Below are positions 13,208 to 27,179 of a stretch of 64,000 bases of DNA, in pieces. Source of the DNA: Eledone cirrhosa. Its lineage: Eukaryota. The notes beneath the pieces are model-generated. The model was not told where the DNA came from, made no database searches, and worked only from the letters and a program-made list of their open reading frames with translations. Where the stretch lies: the NCBI GenBank assembly GCA_964016885.1, contig OZ024742.1:95914001-95978000 (forward strand). Direction: 5' to 3'. Every line of letters starts with the position of its first letter. Position 1 is the first letter of the stretch. Position numbers and translations under genes: made by a program.

Positions 13208-13983
13208 AACAAAGTCAATCTGTGAACGCAGAAGTGAATATTTCAAAAAACGTTGCAACCGGAGGAAGACAGGAAGACAGGAAGACGATACTTTGGTTCG
13301 TGGAAACGTTACCTGGAAAAGAACGGGACAAAACGAATATAATACGTCATTATTTGGAGCGGTGAAAAACAATTACACGCAAAGACAAAACCACGTTTAT
13401 GGTATAAAAGAAATCGTAGACTAATATTCTATAAGGTGGTTAGAGACGTTTTCTGGCAATGAACGAAAAAAACGGAGATAATACGTCATATGTGGAGCGG
13501 TAGAACAATTGCACGCAAAGACAAAACCACGTAAATGGTATAACTGAAGTCGTAGACTAAAATTCTAACTAGGAAACCGAATGAATCTCCGCCTCAGAGT
13601 TAAGAATAAAGTAAAATACAATACAGAGGTAATAGAAATTAAATAAATACATACACGCATGCAAATACGTACATACACAAGCATACGCGAAAACACTCGC
13701 CATAGGTATACAAATACACGCACGTACAAAAAAAAAAAAAAAAAACCGTACGCACATACGGAACCCACGCAACGCCTGTACCCGCACGCATACGAATGTA
13801 TACACTAAATACACATAAAAATATATATAAAAAATATATATATATATATGTGTGTGTGTGCGTGTATACATATAATTAAATAAACGTATATAAATAAACG
13901 TATATAAATAAACGTATATAAATAAATAAATACGTATATAACAATATTATTATTATTATTATTATTACTATATATATATATAT

Positions 13984-14138
13984 ATATTTATTAAAATAAC
14001 AGATTAAAGTTTAAGCAATGAATCACTGCTTTCACCTTAACGGGATCTGAGATTGAATTTTTTATTTTCAGAAGATCCCGTTAAGGGTGAAAGCAGCGAT
14101 TCTTTGCTTGAACTTTAATCTGTTATTTTAATAAATAT
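13984..14138. repeat. Inverted repeat (13984-14048 / 14073-14138) of the CAGAAGA-HHR family
   Basis: Left arm is the reverse complement of the right arm, starting inside the HHR core. Plus-strand motif at 14064-14114. Confidence 0.8.
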
Positions 14139-14343
14139 TTGCTCTAGGTTTCTTATATATTTGATATATATTTATTCTTATCGAGCCCTCTTTCGATTTT
14201 AGTCTTCACATTTATTATTATTACTGTATATATATGCCACCAGTTCTTTGTGGAAACAACACCACAGCTTGGACCTTGGCATATTAACGAATTTACATGG
14301 TAAACTCTGTACTACCATTATGATTTCCTGTTCAAGTTCTAGC

Positions 14344-14398
14344 TGCCTGATGAGGTCATAGCTGTTGAATAATGGTTATCACCGAAATATATATCGCA
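14344..14398 (+). ncRNA. Type I hammerhead ribozyme
   Basis: UGC-CUGAUGA-GGU C AUAGCUGUU/AAUGGUUAU C ACC-GAAA-UAUAUA-UC-GCA. Confidence 0.75.
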
Positions 14399-14446
14399 AC
14401 GAATAAGCAAAGTTGATTTTAAACTGTTGACTTACACCTCTTCTTT

Positions 14447-14477
<31 letters not shown>

Positions 14478-14540
14478 GTGTGTCTATATCTGATGCTAGT
14501 GTGGAAAGTAGACGTTAAATGATGTTGATGATGACAATGC

Positions 14541-14573
<33 letters not shown>

Positions 14574-15069
14574 AAAATGTATAATGATATAGTGTTAAAG
14601 AATAAAAACTAATGATAAAATAAAAGAATATTTTTTAAAATGAGGCCCCAAGGGTGTGTGACCCTAAGCTATAGTTTATGTAACTGATAGGTAAGTCCAG
14701 TACTGCAATTCTGATACACACCCTAGAAATCAGTACTACCATCTCGTTCAGAGCCAGATTTAGTCCTAGTCATGCCCTAAGCTTATAAAAGATTTTTGGA
14801 ACGTTAAATGCATTCAATATGATTAAGATGGTACCACTCTTTCCTTGATGTTCTAAGCATGTACTTTTATTTAATGGTTAAAACAGCCCAGACCTGGCTT
14901 TTGGCTGTCTTTAGCAGAGTCTACTCTGGTCTAAAGATAATTACAGTAACTTGAGTCATGGTTTCTTTCTCCCTTTCTGACACCAGTTTCAGAGAACTTT
15001 TAAAGATCATGAGAACTGTCACTTTTACCAAACTGAAACTATTATAACAAAATATATAATTACAATGAT

Positions 15070-15415
15070 TTTCACTATACAAGGCCAGCAATTTAGGAGG
15101 AGGTGAATGTCGATTAGATCGACTCCAGTACGTTACTGGTGTTTTATTTTATCAACCCTGTAAGGTTGGAAGGCAAAGCTAACTTCGGAAGGATTTGAAC
15201 TCAGAATGTAAAGGGACGTGACTCATGCCGCGAAGCATGCTGTTCGATGCTCTACTGATACTGCCAATCCCCCACCCTAATAATAATAATAATAATGATT
15301 TCTACTATAGGCACATGGCCAGCAATTTGGGGAGAGGGGAAAGTCAATCAAATTGACTCCAATGCATTACTGGTGCTTTATTTTATTGACACTGTAAGGA
15401 TGAAAGTCAAAGTTA
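15070..15415 (-). mobile_element. Two older family-A SINE copies (one full, one partial)
   Basis: Diverged matches to the family A core and B box. Confidence 0.7.
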
Positions 15416-16939
15416 AGTGTAACAAAAATGTGTGTTTATGAATGACATATTGGGGAAGTGAGATTTAGACATTTTTTTAATGCTGTCTTAAAAAAAAAAT
15501 CAAAACATTGTTTTGTATTTATACATTTTAATCACATCTTAGATAGGTTTTATGTTTCATGTATGCAGACAGTGACTTTCTCCAATTCTATATTTAGTAT
15601 ATTTAGCCAGGAGTATTTGGATAGCTTCTTCTGTACATATGTTGCATGCTCTTCTATTGTCTATATATGGAGTTGATGCCACCAAGCATTTTCACTTTGA
15701 GCTGGTATTTCTACTGGCATTTTTACAGTTTTCATATGTAGGTGTAGAATGTAGTTACATTTTTTATGTTGAATCCTGGAAAGAAATCAAGTATTGTTTG
15801 TAGCATAGCTTGAAACTATTCATGACAATTCTTACATAGGCCTTTTCTGCTGAGTTGGACTAGACCATGTATTGCTATACTCCTGCTTTATGAAGACAGT
15901 GTAAAACTGAGAGCAGTCATTTGTCATTAAGCAATTTGTATTTAGGAGATGGTGTCATGTCAGTCTGATGCCTGTAGTGTTGGGTTAATTTATGTTAGAA
16001 GAATCATTATTCTAAGCTATAATAGAACAAGAAGAATTATAATAGTTTAACTGCATTTCTGTTATATATATATATAACATTACAACCACTTATTACTCAC
16101 CACCCAGCTATGTTTCACAATGGCTTTTAACTCTTCCTCTATTTAGTATTAATCCTTCAGCTATTCACCACAACAACTCGCTATCTACCTATATCTTTCA
16201 CCCATTTCATTTATATTATTTTTACGATGATTTCTTTTACAAAATCCACCTCACAAACGTGTCTCTCCATTTTCATCATCATCATCAACATTCATCACAA
16301 TGTGTGGGCTAATGCATCAATGCTTTCTTTCTTCCTCATACTTGTAGAAATATTCAATCTGCCTGCAGTAAAGTAGGACTTCAAATCTTAAAGCTAAGAC
16401 CAAATTTTATGTACTTTTTATATTCCATTGCCTTTCTTAATATTACATCCACTTATTCGTAACTTTCCAGCAATTTTTCACTATAGCTTTTAACTCTTTG
16501 TCTATTAATTACTAATCCTTCAGCTATCTACCTATTTCTTTCAGATGCTGATTCTGGATCACTCCCACCCACACCCTATCTAATACCATTTGACTAGCTG
16601 TCTGGCAGACATGGCCTTGTGCTCCCACCTTTTTTCCTTTTCCCTTCAGCTTGCATATTTACACACACCAATACATATCCTCTTACATCACAACTCTCAA
16701 TTTGGTACTCTGTCAACCATTTAATAACTGCATGACACCGCCACCAATGGGATCAGTGACTTTGATTAAAAACAGCTGCACAGGGCAGATGTGGACCCTG
16801 AAAGCCATAGTGAAGGCAAACCATCTAAGAGGGCAGTGACTACAAAGTAAAATCGACTGCACATGGCAGTAGTGGGTTCCATAATCCATAGTGAAGACTA
16901 CCTACTTAAGAGAATAGACACCCCAAATAATAACTGGTA

Positions 16940-17560
16940 CAGTCATAGGAAGGATGCGTAGACATGGTTGATAGCTTCTGCTATCTAGGTGACCTAATTA
17001 GCAATGAAGGACGGTGCACTGAGAGTGTAAGGATGGGATAGAAGAAGTGTAGAGACCTACTATCACTGCTGACAACAAAAGGTTTCTACCCACATGCAAA
17101 AGGAAGGCTGTATGACATCTGTGTGGTGTGCAATGCTACATGGTAGTGAAACATGGGCTGTGGCCGCAGAGAACATACGTAGATGGGAGAGAAATGAATC
17201 AACCATGTTTCGTTGGATGTGCAATATAAATGTGATAAACAGGCAGAGCTTGGACAAACTGAGGGAGAAGCTGGGTTAAAGGGGAATCCAAGATGGTGTG
17301 CAGGAGAGAAGACTGTGTTGGTAAGGACATCTGACCGATGGGTGAAGAAATGCCAGCACATCCTAGTGGAAAAAAGCAGCAGTAGAGGATGATCAAGAAA
17401 GACCCAGGCAGTGGTTGTGAGGGCTGATTTCAAATTGCTAAGAATGCCAGAGATGACAAAGAAACGCAGCAAGTGGAGTGATGCCGTATTGAGAAAGACC
17501 TGTACAACCCATGCAAGTATGGAAAAGTGGATGTACAATTAATGATGATGATGATGATGA
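16940..17560 (+). pseudogene. RTE LINE 3' fragment, degenerate
   Basis: VDSFCYLGD.., AMLHGSETWAV..ERNESTMFRWMCN; ends in (GAT)n tail. Confidence 0.85.
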
Positions 17561-17786
17561 TTTCACATTGCTCCAGTTTACTCAGCTGTAGAAATGAGAT
17601 GATAGGACTGGGGTCCATATCATTCCACTGCAAAGTGATCGTGGAGGTGCCACGGCAAAAAAGCACCCAGCACTCACTTTTAATGAGGTTGGTGTTAGGA
17701 AGAGCATCCAACTGTAGAAATCAAGCCAGAACCAGTTCCCGTTCCACCCTTGCAAGCAGGGAAAAGCAGACATAAAATGATGATGA
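17560..17786 (+). mobile_element. 5'-truncated CORE-type SINE (family B) with RTE tail
   Basis: Matches 48881-49264; ends in (GAT)n. Confidence 0.8.
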
Positions 17787-18044
17787 TATAGACACACACA
17801 CATATTCATAAATACATATCCTGATCTTCATTTTACATTCACTTTACCATACACAAACAAACATACACATACATTCAGATACGTCCCTGCAACACCTTCA
17901 CATATCTGTATATATAATAAATATGATGAACAAAAACCCCTCACACAGACAGACACCTGTATATCAGCATGTTGTTTGCCTGTATGTTTATAAATATAAG
18001 GAAATATATTTCAGTACATTTAGTACACACACACATACATATAT

Positions 18045-18121
<77 letters not shown>

Positions 18122-18668
18122 TACACACAAAATACATGCACATATACACAACACATACACACATCAGATCTCTTTGTTGTGATATGTTTTTTAACCCGCA
18201 GATGTGTCGATTTGGGTGTTTAAGTGCAAATCAGCTTGCTTTGTTTTACATAATACATAATGTATTCATGCACTTAATCGCTCAGCATTTGTAGACAAAG
18301 TATCTCTATGTTCTATTTTGGTGCATATTCTTAAATCCACAAATATTATTCAATAAAAAGTTTCCCAGGAGACATGTCTTTTTTTTAACTTAATGGATAT
18401 CTAGAATTTCCTGGAGAATCATGAATGTCTTTTGCAAGAATATTTTCAGAATTTTCCTGCCAATGATTCTACTTTGGATTACCATTTCATTGCTCCAAAC
18501 CATTGGGAGTGACAAAAATCTTAGGAATTATTCTGCCTTGGGATAAACAAGCCAATAGATACACACCTGTGTGTGTGTATATGTGTGTGTGTGTATATAT
18601 ATACAAACACACACACATATATATATATATATACACACACACACATATATGTATATAAATAAATATAA

Positions 18669-18701
<33 letters not shown>

Positions 18702-20661
18702 TACACACACATACATGTTCAACAAACATTCACAGATACAAATTTACTTTATAGTTATATAGTCATGAATATGTAGAAAGTGGTTCTCACAAAAAAGAAG
18801 GAACTTTGTGAAATTTCATATGATATATTAAACATCTGGGTGTTTCCTAGGGAGTGTGATCAGTTTAAATGGATTATTTATCAGCTTTCTAAAACTTTCT
18901 GCCTTTGTACATTCCGTTGCTGTTTATTATTCTCAACTCTCGTTTGAATCAGAATATTTCAAAAAACTTTATAGAGAAACAAAAGCATTCCCTGGTGTAG
19001 TGAGTGAGTGGGCATGTCTTCTCTCATTTGGGGGAAGGGACAGATTTTTTTCTGCCTGAATGTTATTAATATTTTTTTTTAAGTTTCATATCATAAAACA
19101 TCATCATCATTACCATCACATCTGCTTTTCCATACTTGCATGTGTTTTGCGAGTGCTCTCCAACATTATCCCCTTTCCCTTGTCTACTCTTTCATGAAGT
19201 ATACTTTCTTGGGGTCAGTTCGTTCTCATAGCTTCTTTTCAGGTCTTTTTTTCTGAGTGTTATTTATTGGTTTCTTTTGTAATTCATATCTATTATATAA
19301 ATTGTGTTTATATCAAAAGTCTTTCAATGTATTTAAAAACTTATCAATAGGAAATCTCTCTATTGAAGGATATTCTAAGCCTCTGATTTATAACAATATG
19401 AAAAGTTTGGAATTTTTATTGTCGCTGTTTGTTTTTTGTCTAAAGAAAAAAGTTTCATCTGTAGTTTTAAGGATCGATTTGGACTGAAGAATTAAAAGAA
19501 GTTGAAAGTAGATCCAGTAGATAAGCTATTCGATTATGTGCAGATGCGTCTTGCGTGAAAACTATACCATAGGCATTTTGGAATCATAATAAGGCATAGA
19601 ATTGTCACAGTAATTAGCATGTTGGATTAAATACCTTGTGTTACAAAACTCTGCACTCTGAATTTAAATCCCACCAAGGTAAGTTTTGCCTTTTATCCTT
19701 TCAGGGTTGATAAATAAACTACCAGACATTAAATAGTGGTTTGGTAGAATTGTCGAAGAGTAAGATAGGATGCTTTGTAGTACCTTACCCAGCTCTGTCT
19801 TCTAAACTCAAATCCTACCTCCTCCTGCCAGAACAGAGAGACAGGAATAAATATCCAATATTCTGACAAATCAATCACCTTAAATATATATAACAGAAAC
19901 TTGTGTAAGCAACTTGAATTTGATTGTATTATTTTATGCATATTCATTTCTTATACAAATGTCAGATTTTGACCCAAAGGTTCAATCAAACCCCTGAGAA
20001 GTTCTATCGATTCCTTGGGATCGATATCAACGGCTTTGAAGGCCCATGTTTCAACCCCAAATGTCACACAGCGTGACTGACATAACCATGCCTTCTCTGA
20101 TGTCATTAAGCATAACAAAACAAAAAAAAAACAAAAAGGAAACCTTCAGCTCTATCTTACCTTCGACTTTATATCCAGCTTAGTAAAATGACACAACAGT
20201 AAGATCATGGTTGTTTGACTTCTCTGAGATAGAATAATATCCATTTATAGACAATCCATACTTGCACCTCACCAACAACACCATCACTCTGTTTACTTTC
20301 TAACTATTCATGTGAAATATTGAAAATTTTAAAAATCATTCAGCCACTCACAAGGATGGAGGGAAATATTTAAATTGTTGAAAATAGCAAACAGATATAT
20401 AATCCCTTAGTAGTTTTAATGTACAAATATCCATATATGTAAACATGTGTGTGCATAATATATTTATGTGTGTGTGTATACACAACACACACATATATAA
20501 ATATATAAAATATATTGGGACTAAACTTGTCTTTAAATGCATTTTGCTCAGTCATTTGAATCGAAAGTAAAGTTCATGTATTTTTGCATTTTTGTATTCT
20601 TGTACACCTATTTGTGTATGCGTATGTGGCAGAAGGTCAAGAAGAGGGAGGACTGAGTGAG

Positions 20662-20736
20662 GGAAGAAGAAGAAGAAGAAGAAGAAGAAGAAGAAGAAGA
20701 AGAAGAAGAAGAAGAAGAAGAAGAAGAAGAAGAAGA
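20662..20736. repeat. (GAA)n microsatellite
   Basis: Direct inspection. Confidence 0.95.
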
Positions 20737-21565
20737 TTTTTCCTTCCACAAGTTTGCTAATGCATTTTGGTGAGTCAAGCTTAACTAATACGTTATTTTC
20801 TTTCTTTCATTTTTTTTTTCTAGTCAAAGTATCAAGTCATCCAATAAGCTGCTTAGAAGGATGCTAAATAGCTGAACTGGTGGCGTAGCCATATTGAATA
20901 TTGTGTAGTTCAATAATTCTCTGTAAACATTGCTACTTCTACTTCTTTTTCTCAAAGAACTCATGGATTGCAACCGAGAATGGTTCTCTTTGACAATGAG
21001 ATTTCTTCTTTTTTTGATAGCTACAATGTTATCATTATAATTATTATTATTTGTATTTCATCTTCGTCCTTTGCTTCACAGTTAGTAGAATATGGTGGAG
21101 ATTATTCTCAACTAAGCTAATGTATTTGATATATAGCTATATAAAATTACATTGTTATATAAATTTATATAGTTTTATTGCCATATAAATTTGGTAAAGA
21201 AATATTTTCACAAGAATATATGTATATATATGTTTGTGTGTGTGTGTGTGCATTGTTGAACCTCCATTGTTTCTGATGACAAAGGTTCCAGTTGATTAAA
21301 TCAAAGGAATTCTGTAAGTGGCTGAGTATTCCACAAACACATACACCCTTAATATAGTTCTAAAGAAAGATTGTGACACAATGTGTAACAAGGCCTATTC
21401 AATTAGAGACACAACTCATTTTTTTAAAACTGAGTAAACTGCAGCAGCATGAAATAAAGTGTCCTGCTCAAGGACACAACATACCACCCATTCTTGGAAT
21501 CAAATGCATGATCTTATGATCAGGAGCCAAACACCCTAACCACTAAACCATGTAGCTATATATAT

Positions 21566-21569
<4 letters not shown>

Positions 21570-21616
<47 letters not shown>
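21570..21616. repeat. (GA)n microsatellite
   Basis: Direct inspection. Confidence 0.95.
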
Positions 21617-21619
<3 letters not shown>

Positions 21620-22291
21620 ATACAACCACTCACATGGCATGTCTAAAGATGTTTTTAAAATTCTTAGACGAGTTCTGGCTATAGGAGTTCTATCCCTTGC
21701 TTACTTCTCATTATTTCAACACCTCCAATGTGAGTTTTGGTTTTGAAATTACAAAGATAGTCCCAGTTGATTGAAAGTTCTTTTGCCCCACATGCCATAT
21801 TAAGAATGTGAGATTGTATTTTTATGTGAATATATAAAAGTTGACGTTGTGCTATTGCACCTCTTGAAGCAGCTGACACAGGATGAAGATCTCTGGCATT
21901 ATGAAGTAATACAGAAGACCCGCCTTTGCATGTTGAAGCATACATCTTGTATGCACTACTTTCCTCCTCCCCCTTCCATACACCTCCACGTGCTAACACG
22001 TGGAGAAAATATCTAGCACAGAAATTGCTCTATGGCTCATACCTTCACCTTTCTGACTTCATAAGGGAAAGGAAGCTTGCTTTAGCTGGACATGTGAAAT
22101 GTTAAAATGAACCTGTTGGCAGAGTTCTTTTCTTGAAACCTAATGCATGCAGATGAGTTGGGAGACCAACCACCATGCTGAAGAATGTTCTTGATGATGA
22201 CACCAGGTTGGAAGCAGAGGGAATTCAAATGACAATGCTAGACAGGACGAGCTGGAGGAAATTTGCCATGGCACTAGTAACGGATGCATAG

Positions 22292-22480
22292 AATAATAGT
22301 TGTTTCTACTTTTGGCACAATGCCAGCAATTATCCCAGTGTATTACTGGTGCTTAATTTTATCAACCCCGTAAGGACGAAAGGCAAAGTTAATCTCGGCA
22401 GGATTTGAACTCAGACCGTAAATGGGCGTAACTATAAGCTGCAAAGAATGTCGTGCGACCCTCTACCGATACTGCCAATC
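22292..22480 (-). mobile_element. Family-A SINE
   Basis: Matches 6258-6443. Confidence 0.85.
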
Positions 22481-22515
22481 ATAGAATAATAATTATTTAT
22501 ATATATATAGATATA

Positions 22516-23284
22516 TAAATATAAGTATGTATACGTACATACATATATGTGTACAGACGTACAGTAGTATGTATATATATATATATATATACATGCACGC
22601 ATATATATATGTACGTATGGGTTTACCGGACATTTATTATAATGTTCGGTTTGTTTGTAAACAAACAGCCCGAATTACGCCGTACAGTGTTCGGCAACCA
22701 TCGTCGCCTTTTTGTTCAACACTGACCCAGGAACGACGTACTAATTTCAAGCTTATTAGCTATCGTCAGCATCGTATACCTTCCTGTCAGATGATTGAAC
22801 GTTTGAAAGTATATACTTTCCTTAGGCATATTAACGGCTGAGTAGCCTAATTTGCATATCGAGTCAGTTAGTCGACCGGGCGTACAGGAAACGATATGCA
22901 AATTAGGCTGCTCAGCCGTTAATATGCATAAGGAAAGTATATACTTTCAAACGTTCAATCATCTGACAGTAAGGTATACGATGCTGACGATAGCTAATAA
23001 GCTTGAAACTAGTACATCGTTACTGTGTCAGTGTTGAATAAAAAGGCGACGATGGTTGCCGAACACTGTACGGCGTAATTCGGGCTGTTTGTTTACAAAC
23101 AAACCGAACATTATAATAAATGTCCGGTAAACCCATACGTACATATATATATGTGTGCATATATGTATATATATATACATACTACTGTACGTCTGAACAC
23201 ATATATGTATGTTCGTATACATACTTATATTTAGGTATCAGCCGTACTAAGAGTGAGAAATGAAATTTCGTTTCATTCTTTTCC
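22516..23284. mobile_element. Palindromic insertion of the ~430-bp HHR retrozyme-like unit (arms 22516-22861 / 22892-23233)
   Basis: Same sequence family as 49903-50989; HHR in each arm; TA-flanked. Confidence 0.85.
22978..23020 (+). ncRNA. Minimal type I hammerhead (mirror copy 22733-22775 on minus)
   Basis: ACGAUG-CUGACGA-UAGC UAAUAA GCUU-GAAAC-UA-GUA-CAUCGU; perfect 6-bp stem I, palindromic stem III ACUAGU. Confidence 0.85.
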
Positions 23285-23364
<80 letters not shown>

Positions 23365-23451
23365 GCAAAGTTTTATTTAAATTGTTGGGTTAACAACGAG
23401 TAAATATTTATAACTGATATAAAAGCACTCAACAAGTATTTGGAGTATATT

Positions 23452-23882
23452 TACGATATTAAATAAATGGAAACTATATTTATAAAACCATATTTATTTC
23501 ATTATATATATTTCAGGGATATCATATTAAAAATATGTTATGCCTTCTTCAGACAAAATACAATATAAACAGTCTTATAAATAGATAGATTCGACATACC
23601 TTTCAACTTCGACTTCTATTTGAAATTGAGGCTGTAGTCAAGAGTGTCTCGGACAGGATCTCCAACCTGTTCGCCAATAAGGAGATCTTCGATAGCAATG
23701 CAGAATCAACTTTTCAAATAGAAGTCGAAGTTGAAAGGTATGTCGAATCTATCTATTTATAAGACTGTTTATATTGTATTTTGTCTGAAGAAGGCATAAC
23801 ATATTTTTAATATGATATCCCTGAAATATATATAATGAAATAAATATGGTTTTATAAATATAGTTTCCATTTATTTAATATC

Positions 23883-23885
<3 letters not shown>
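23452..23885. repeat. Inverted repeat (23452-23625 / 23712-23885) with an HHR in each arm and a Penelope-derived spacer
   Basis: 174-bp arms; spacer matches 24454-24534. Confidence 0.9.
23777..23842 (+). ncRNA. Type I hammerhead (mirror copy 23495-23560 on minus)
   Basis: UAUUUUGU-CUGAAGA-AGG...CCU-GAAA-UAUAUA-UA-AUGAAAUA. Confidence 0.75.
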
Positions 23886-23961
<76 letters not shown>

Positions 23962-23995
23962 TATATACACATAGATATAGATATACACACACATA

Positions 23996-25620
23996 GATAC
24001 AGACCTAACCCGAGAGGAACTAAGCATCATCCAATCCGTCCGAAAGACTTTGGTCCGTTTTGGTGGGGACCTCTGCACCAGGAGTGATTGGCCAAATAAC
24101 TTTGACATCAGGATGGGCTCAAGCGACTCTGCGCAGGTAACGGACATGGTTGGGCTCTTCCTGCTCAAGCAGATAAAAGAAGAAATCCCCTGCCTAGGCG
24201 GCGGATTATATCAAATATGATGCTCTCTTCAACGTCTATGACCATAACACCACTATGGTGGAGAGAATAAAGAGGCGAATTAGGCATTTCTTTAGGAATC
24301 ATAGGCTCAGTATAATATTAGACCGCAATAGAAAGGTAGTCAACTTCCTAGACACCACCCTAAACCTGAACACTGAGCAATACTACCCCTATCACTAGCT
24401 CACCGAGAAACTGGTATATGTTAACGCTAAGTCAAACCACCCTACATTCATAATTGAGGCCGTAGTCAAGAGTGTCTCGGATAGGATCTCCAACCTGTTC
24501 ACCAATAAGGAGATCTTCGATAGCAACGCAGAATATTACAACGCAGCTCTAAATAAGGCCAAACTATATCTTACAACCTAAGGCGCCATGATAGAGATAG
24601 CCTATCAGATCCCCCTCCCCCCGACCCACCGTATCCGGGAGGGAAGGAACCTTAACAGTGCAGGCAGAGTGGAAGCCACTAAACCCCATGATATCCGGCA
24701 CCACCACATTAGCGAAAAGGACGCGCACGCCTAGCCTTGGGAAGAACCCAGTACGCGAGGCTGTCTCAGGGGTGATACTATCCACCCCGGGCCCGACGCC
24801 CCCAACCGCAAGACACGAAGCGGGACTGATGGGAGATCATCCCATTGTAGAACTCCCAGCGTGGACAAACACCACCCCACAGGTGAAGAAGCTAGCAAAA
24901 CAACTCCCCAACAGCCCAACAGCACGTTCCCCCCACCCACATAGGGATATTTTGTGGTACAACCCACCATACTCAGCGGGCATGAAGACCAGCCTGGCCC
25001 GATCATTCTTTAGAGCACTAGATAAATGCTTCTCGAGGAACCACAGATACCACAAGATCTTCAACAGACACACGGTGAAGCTCTCATATTCTACCACGTG
25101 CAACATAGCCCAACATATAGCTAGAATCAATAGGAGTAGACTTAGAAACTACACACAGCCAGCAGCTGACAATATAGGCACCCAGCAGAGCCATGAGGAG
25201 TGAAGGAATGGTGGACCCGGAACCCACCCTGGGAACCCAAACAGACCCATGGACCCCCCCCCCCCCCCCCCACCGGACCCAGGGACAGACCACCCTATAC
25301 TACGCAACGTAAACCCCACAATAGCCATTCAGGGGTCGACCACCTCCTACAACTGCAGAACCCCCACATTATGCCCCCTTAGTAATGAATGCCTAATGAA
25401 GAACTTAGTATACGGATGTAGAGTAAAACCACCCCAACTCTGAGCACCTTTACATAGGAGCCACATCAACGAGCTGGCATCTGCAACCACTGTCTGAGCG
25501 AGACGCTTGAGATACTCAGTGGTGGGAGTAGCCTAATCAACCTCAGGACCGAGTTCTTTGGTACATGTAGACACCTCAGGGCCAGAACCTTCTTCAAGCT
25601 ATATGGATAACAACCCATTG
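23996..25620 (+). mobile_element. Penelope-like element, Naiad/Chlamys-type; 5'-truncated pseudogene
   Basis: NFDIRMGSSDSAQVTDMVGLFLL, VNFLDTTLNL, DILWYNPPYS..HRYHKIFNRHTVKLSYST, YNCRTPTLCPLSNECLMKNLVY; frameshifts and stops. Confidence 0.85.
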
Positions 25621-26639
25621 GGATGGGAACTTCCCTGAAGCTATAAGGACAGCAGCCCCGTCATACCAAGCCCAAGATAAACCACCCCCTACCTCACCTC
25701 TATCCCTACCTCTACTCCCGCCTCAACCGACTCCTATAGCAGCACACCTACCTGGCAGCTAAAACCATGCTTCACTTCCTTAACCAGAGTCAAGTTAGCT
25801 GACACTAGATGATATAAATAGACGAAGTATATCGGTGGAGTCCTATCCTATGTGCAAACAGGCACCCCAAGTTTCCGACCAGCGGGCCCAATCCCGGCTT
25901 GTGACCCGAATAGCCGGAGTATATCCTGCCTCGAACACGACCCCCTTTCGCACGCATGAGTCAGGGATAAATACCACAATTAAACATGACGCGCCTATTA
26001 CTACCACTTACCCCTCTCCCCACCTCCAGAGGTGACTTTTGACCCTGTGTCCATGTGTGTGTATCCACATGTGGGCGTATATGGAATTGTGTGTATGCGT
26101 GTGTGTGACTGGGTAGACATAATATGGGAATGCACATGAGCCTGTGTTTGTGCATGTGTGCTTGCAACGGTGTGCATTGACGAACATACACGCATATGTA
26201 CTTTATGCTGAAATAAGAATTTAAGTCCTTTACACTTCTGGATTTTGAGACACTGGCATTTTGGTATTTTACTTTTCACCCCACTCTTACCTCATTTATT
26301 TTAAAACGCACCCATCTTTTGTTGGACTGTGTGGACGTAAATAGGTGAATGCACCAAGCCTGTCTTTATACATGTGCACGCGCAACAGTGTGCGTTGACG
26401 GACAATCACACGTATGTACTCTATGCTACAATAAGAATTGTAATTCTTTACACTTCTCAATTCTGACTCATAGGTTTTTATTTCAGTTCATATTTTTCTA
26501 AAAAATGTTGATATTGGTTGTAACACACACATTCTTTATTTGTTTGGCATCACCCACTATGTGAAATGGTGGCAGGATAGATACCAGTCTACACACATAC
26601 ATTCTTCAGACGATAGCAGCAGCTTACTAAGGTTGACCT

Positions 26640-27160
26640 GCTAACTGACCTCTTAATACCACTACCACTACCAACACAATAAAGGAGGTCAGCTGTACTT
26701 AAACATTCTGATAAAAACAACTATAACAGGCTGACCTGGCTCAGAAGAATTTCTATAGACTTTCGACTAGGGAGTGGTATGACAACTGACTAATGGAATA
26801 CGAGCATGTCCTCTGACACTGAAATTTGTTTGTTCTAGCTGATATGATTCCAGTTCCTCGGAAGACTAACAACACACCCAGGAGCTGGACATATCGATGT
26901 ATTGACAGAGTGGAACACCCTTCAACACCATGTGTACCTGTCTTTTACACACCAATTCGGACTGCCTGAAGAGGGCACAGCCAATAATAGCTGTCACCGA
27001 AATATATATAGCAGAGAATTTATAATAAACAAAGCCAAATGTTACATGTTTGACTTACTTATTTTACTCCGGAGTAAACAAACCAACCTGCGTACTTCGT
27101 CGAGTGCTCCAATCTGCATACTGAGGTGTCGGTAAACAACCAACATAAACTCAAAATTTA
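26640..27160 (+). mobile_element. Solo pLTR-like non-coding element (family C) with HHR at 26962-27014
   Basis: CUGC-CUGAAGA-GGG C ACAGC/GCUGU C ACC-GAAA-UAUAUA-UA-GCAG; homologous to 38750-39070 and 56570-56797; 3' end abuts (TA)n. Confidence 0.75.
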
Positions 27161-27179
27161 TATATATATATATATTATG

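Noticed and set aside
25803-25836. HHR-like CACUAGAUGA..GACGAAGUAUAUCGGUG downstream of the Naiad ORF
   Set aside because: The position is plausible, but core and stem II are too degenerate to call.
26040-26470. ~218-bp diverged tandem duplication containing UUGACGA..GAAA
   Set aside because: The duplication is visible, but the core is broken in both copies and stems I and III do not pair.
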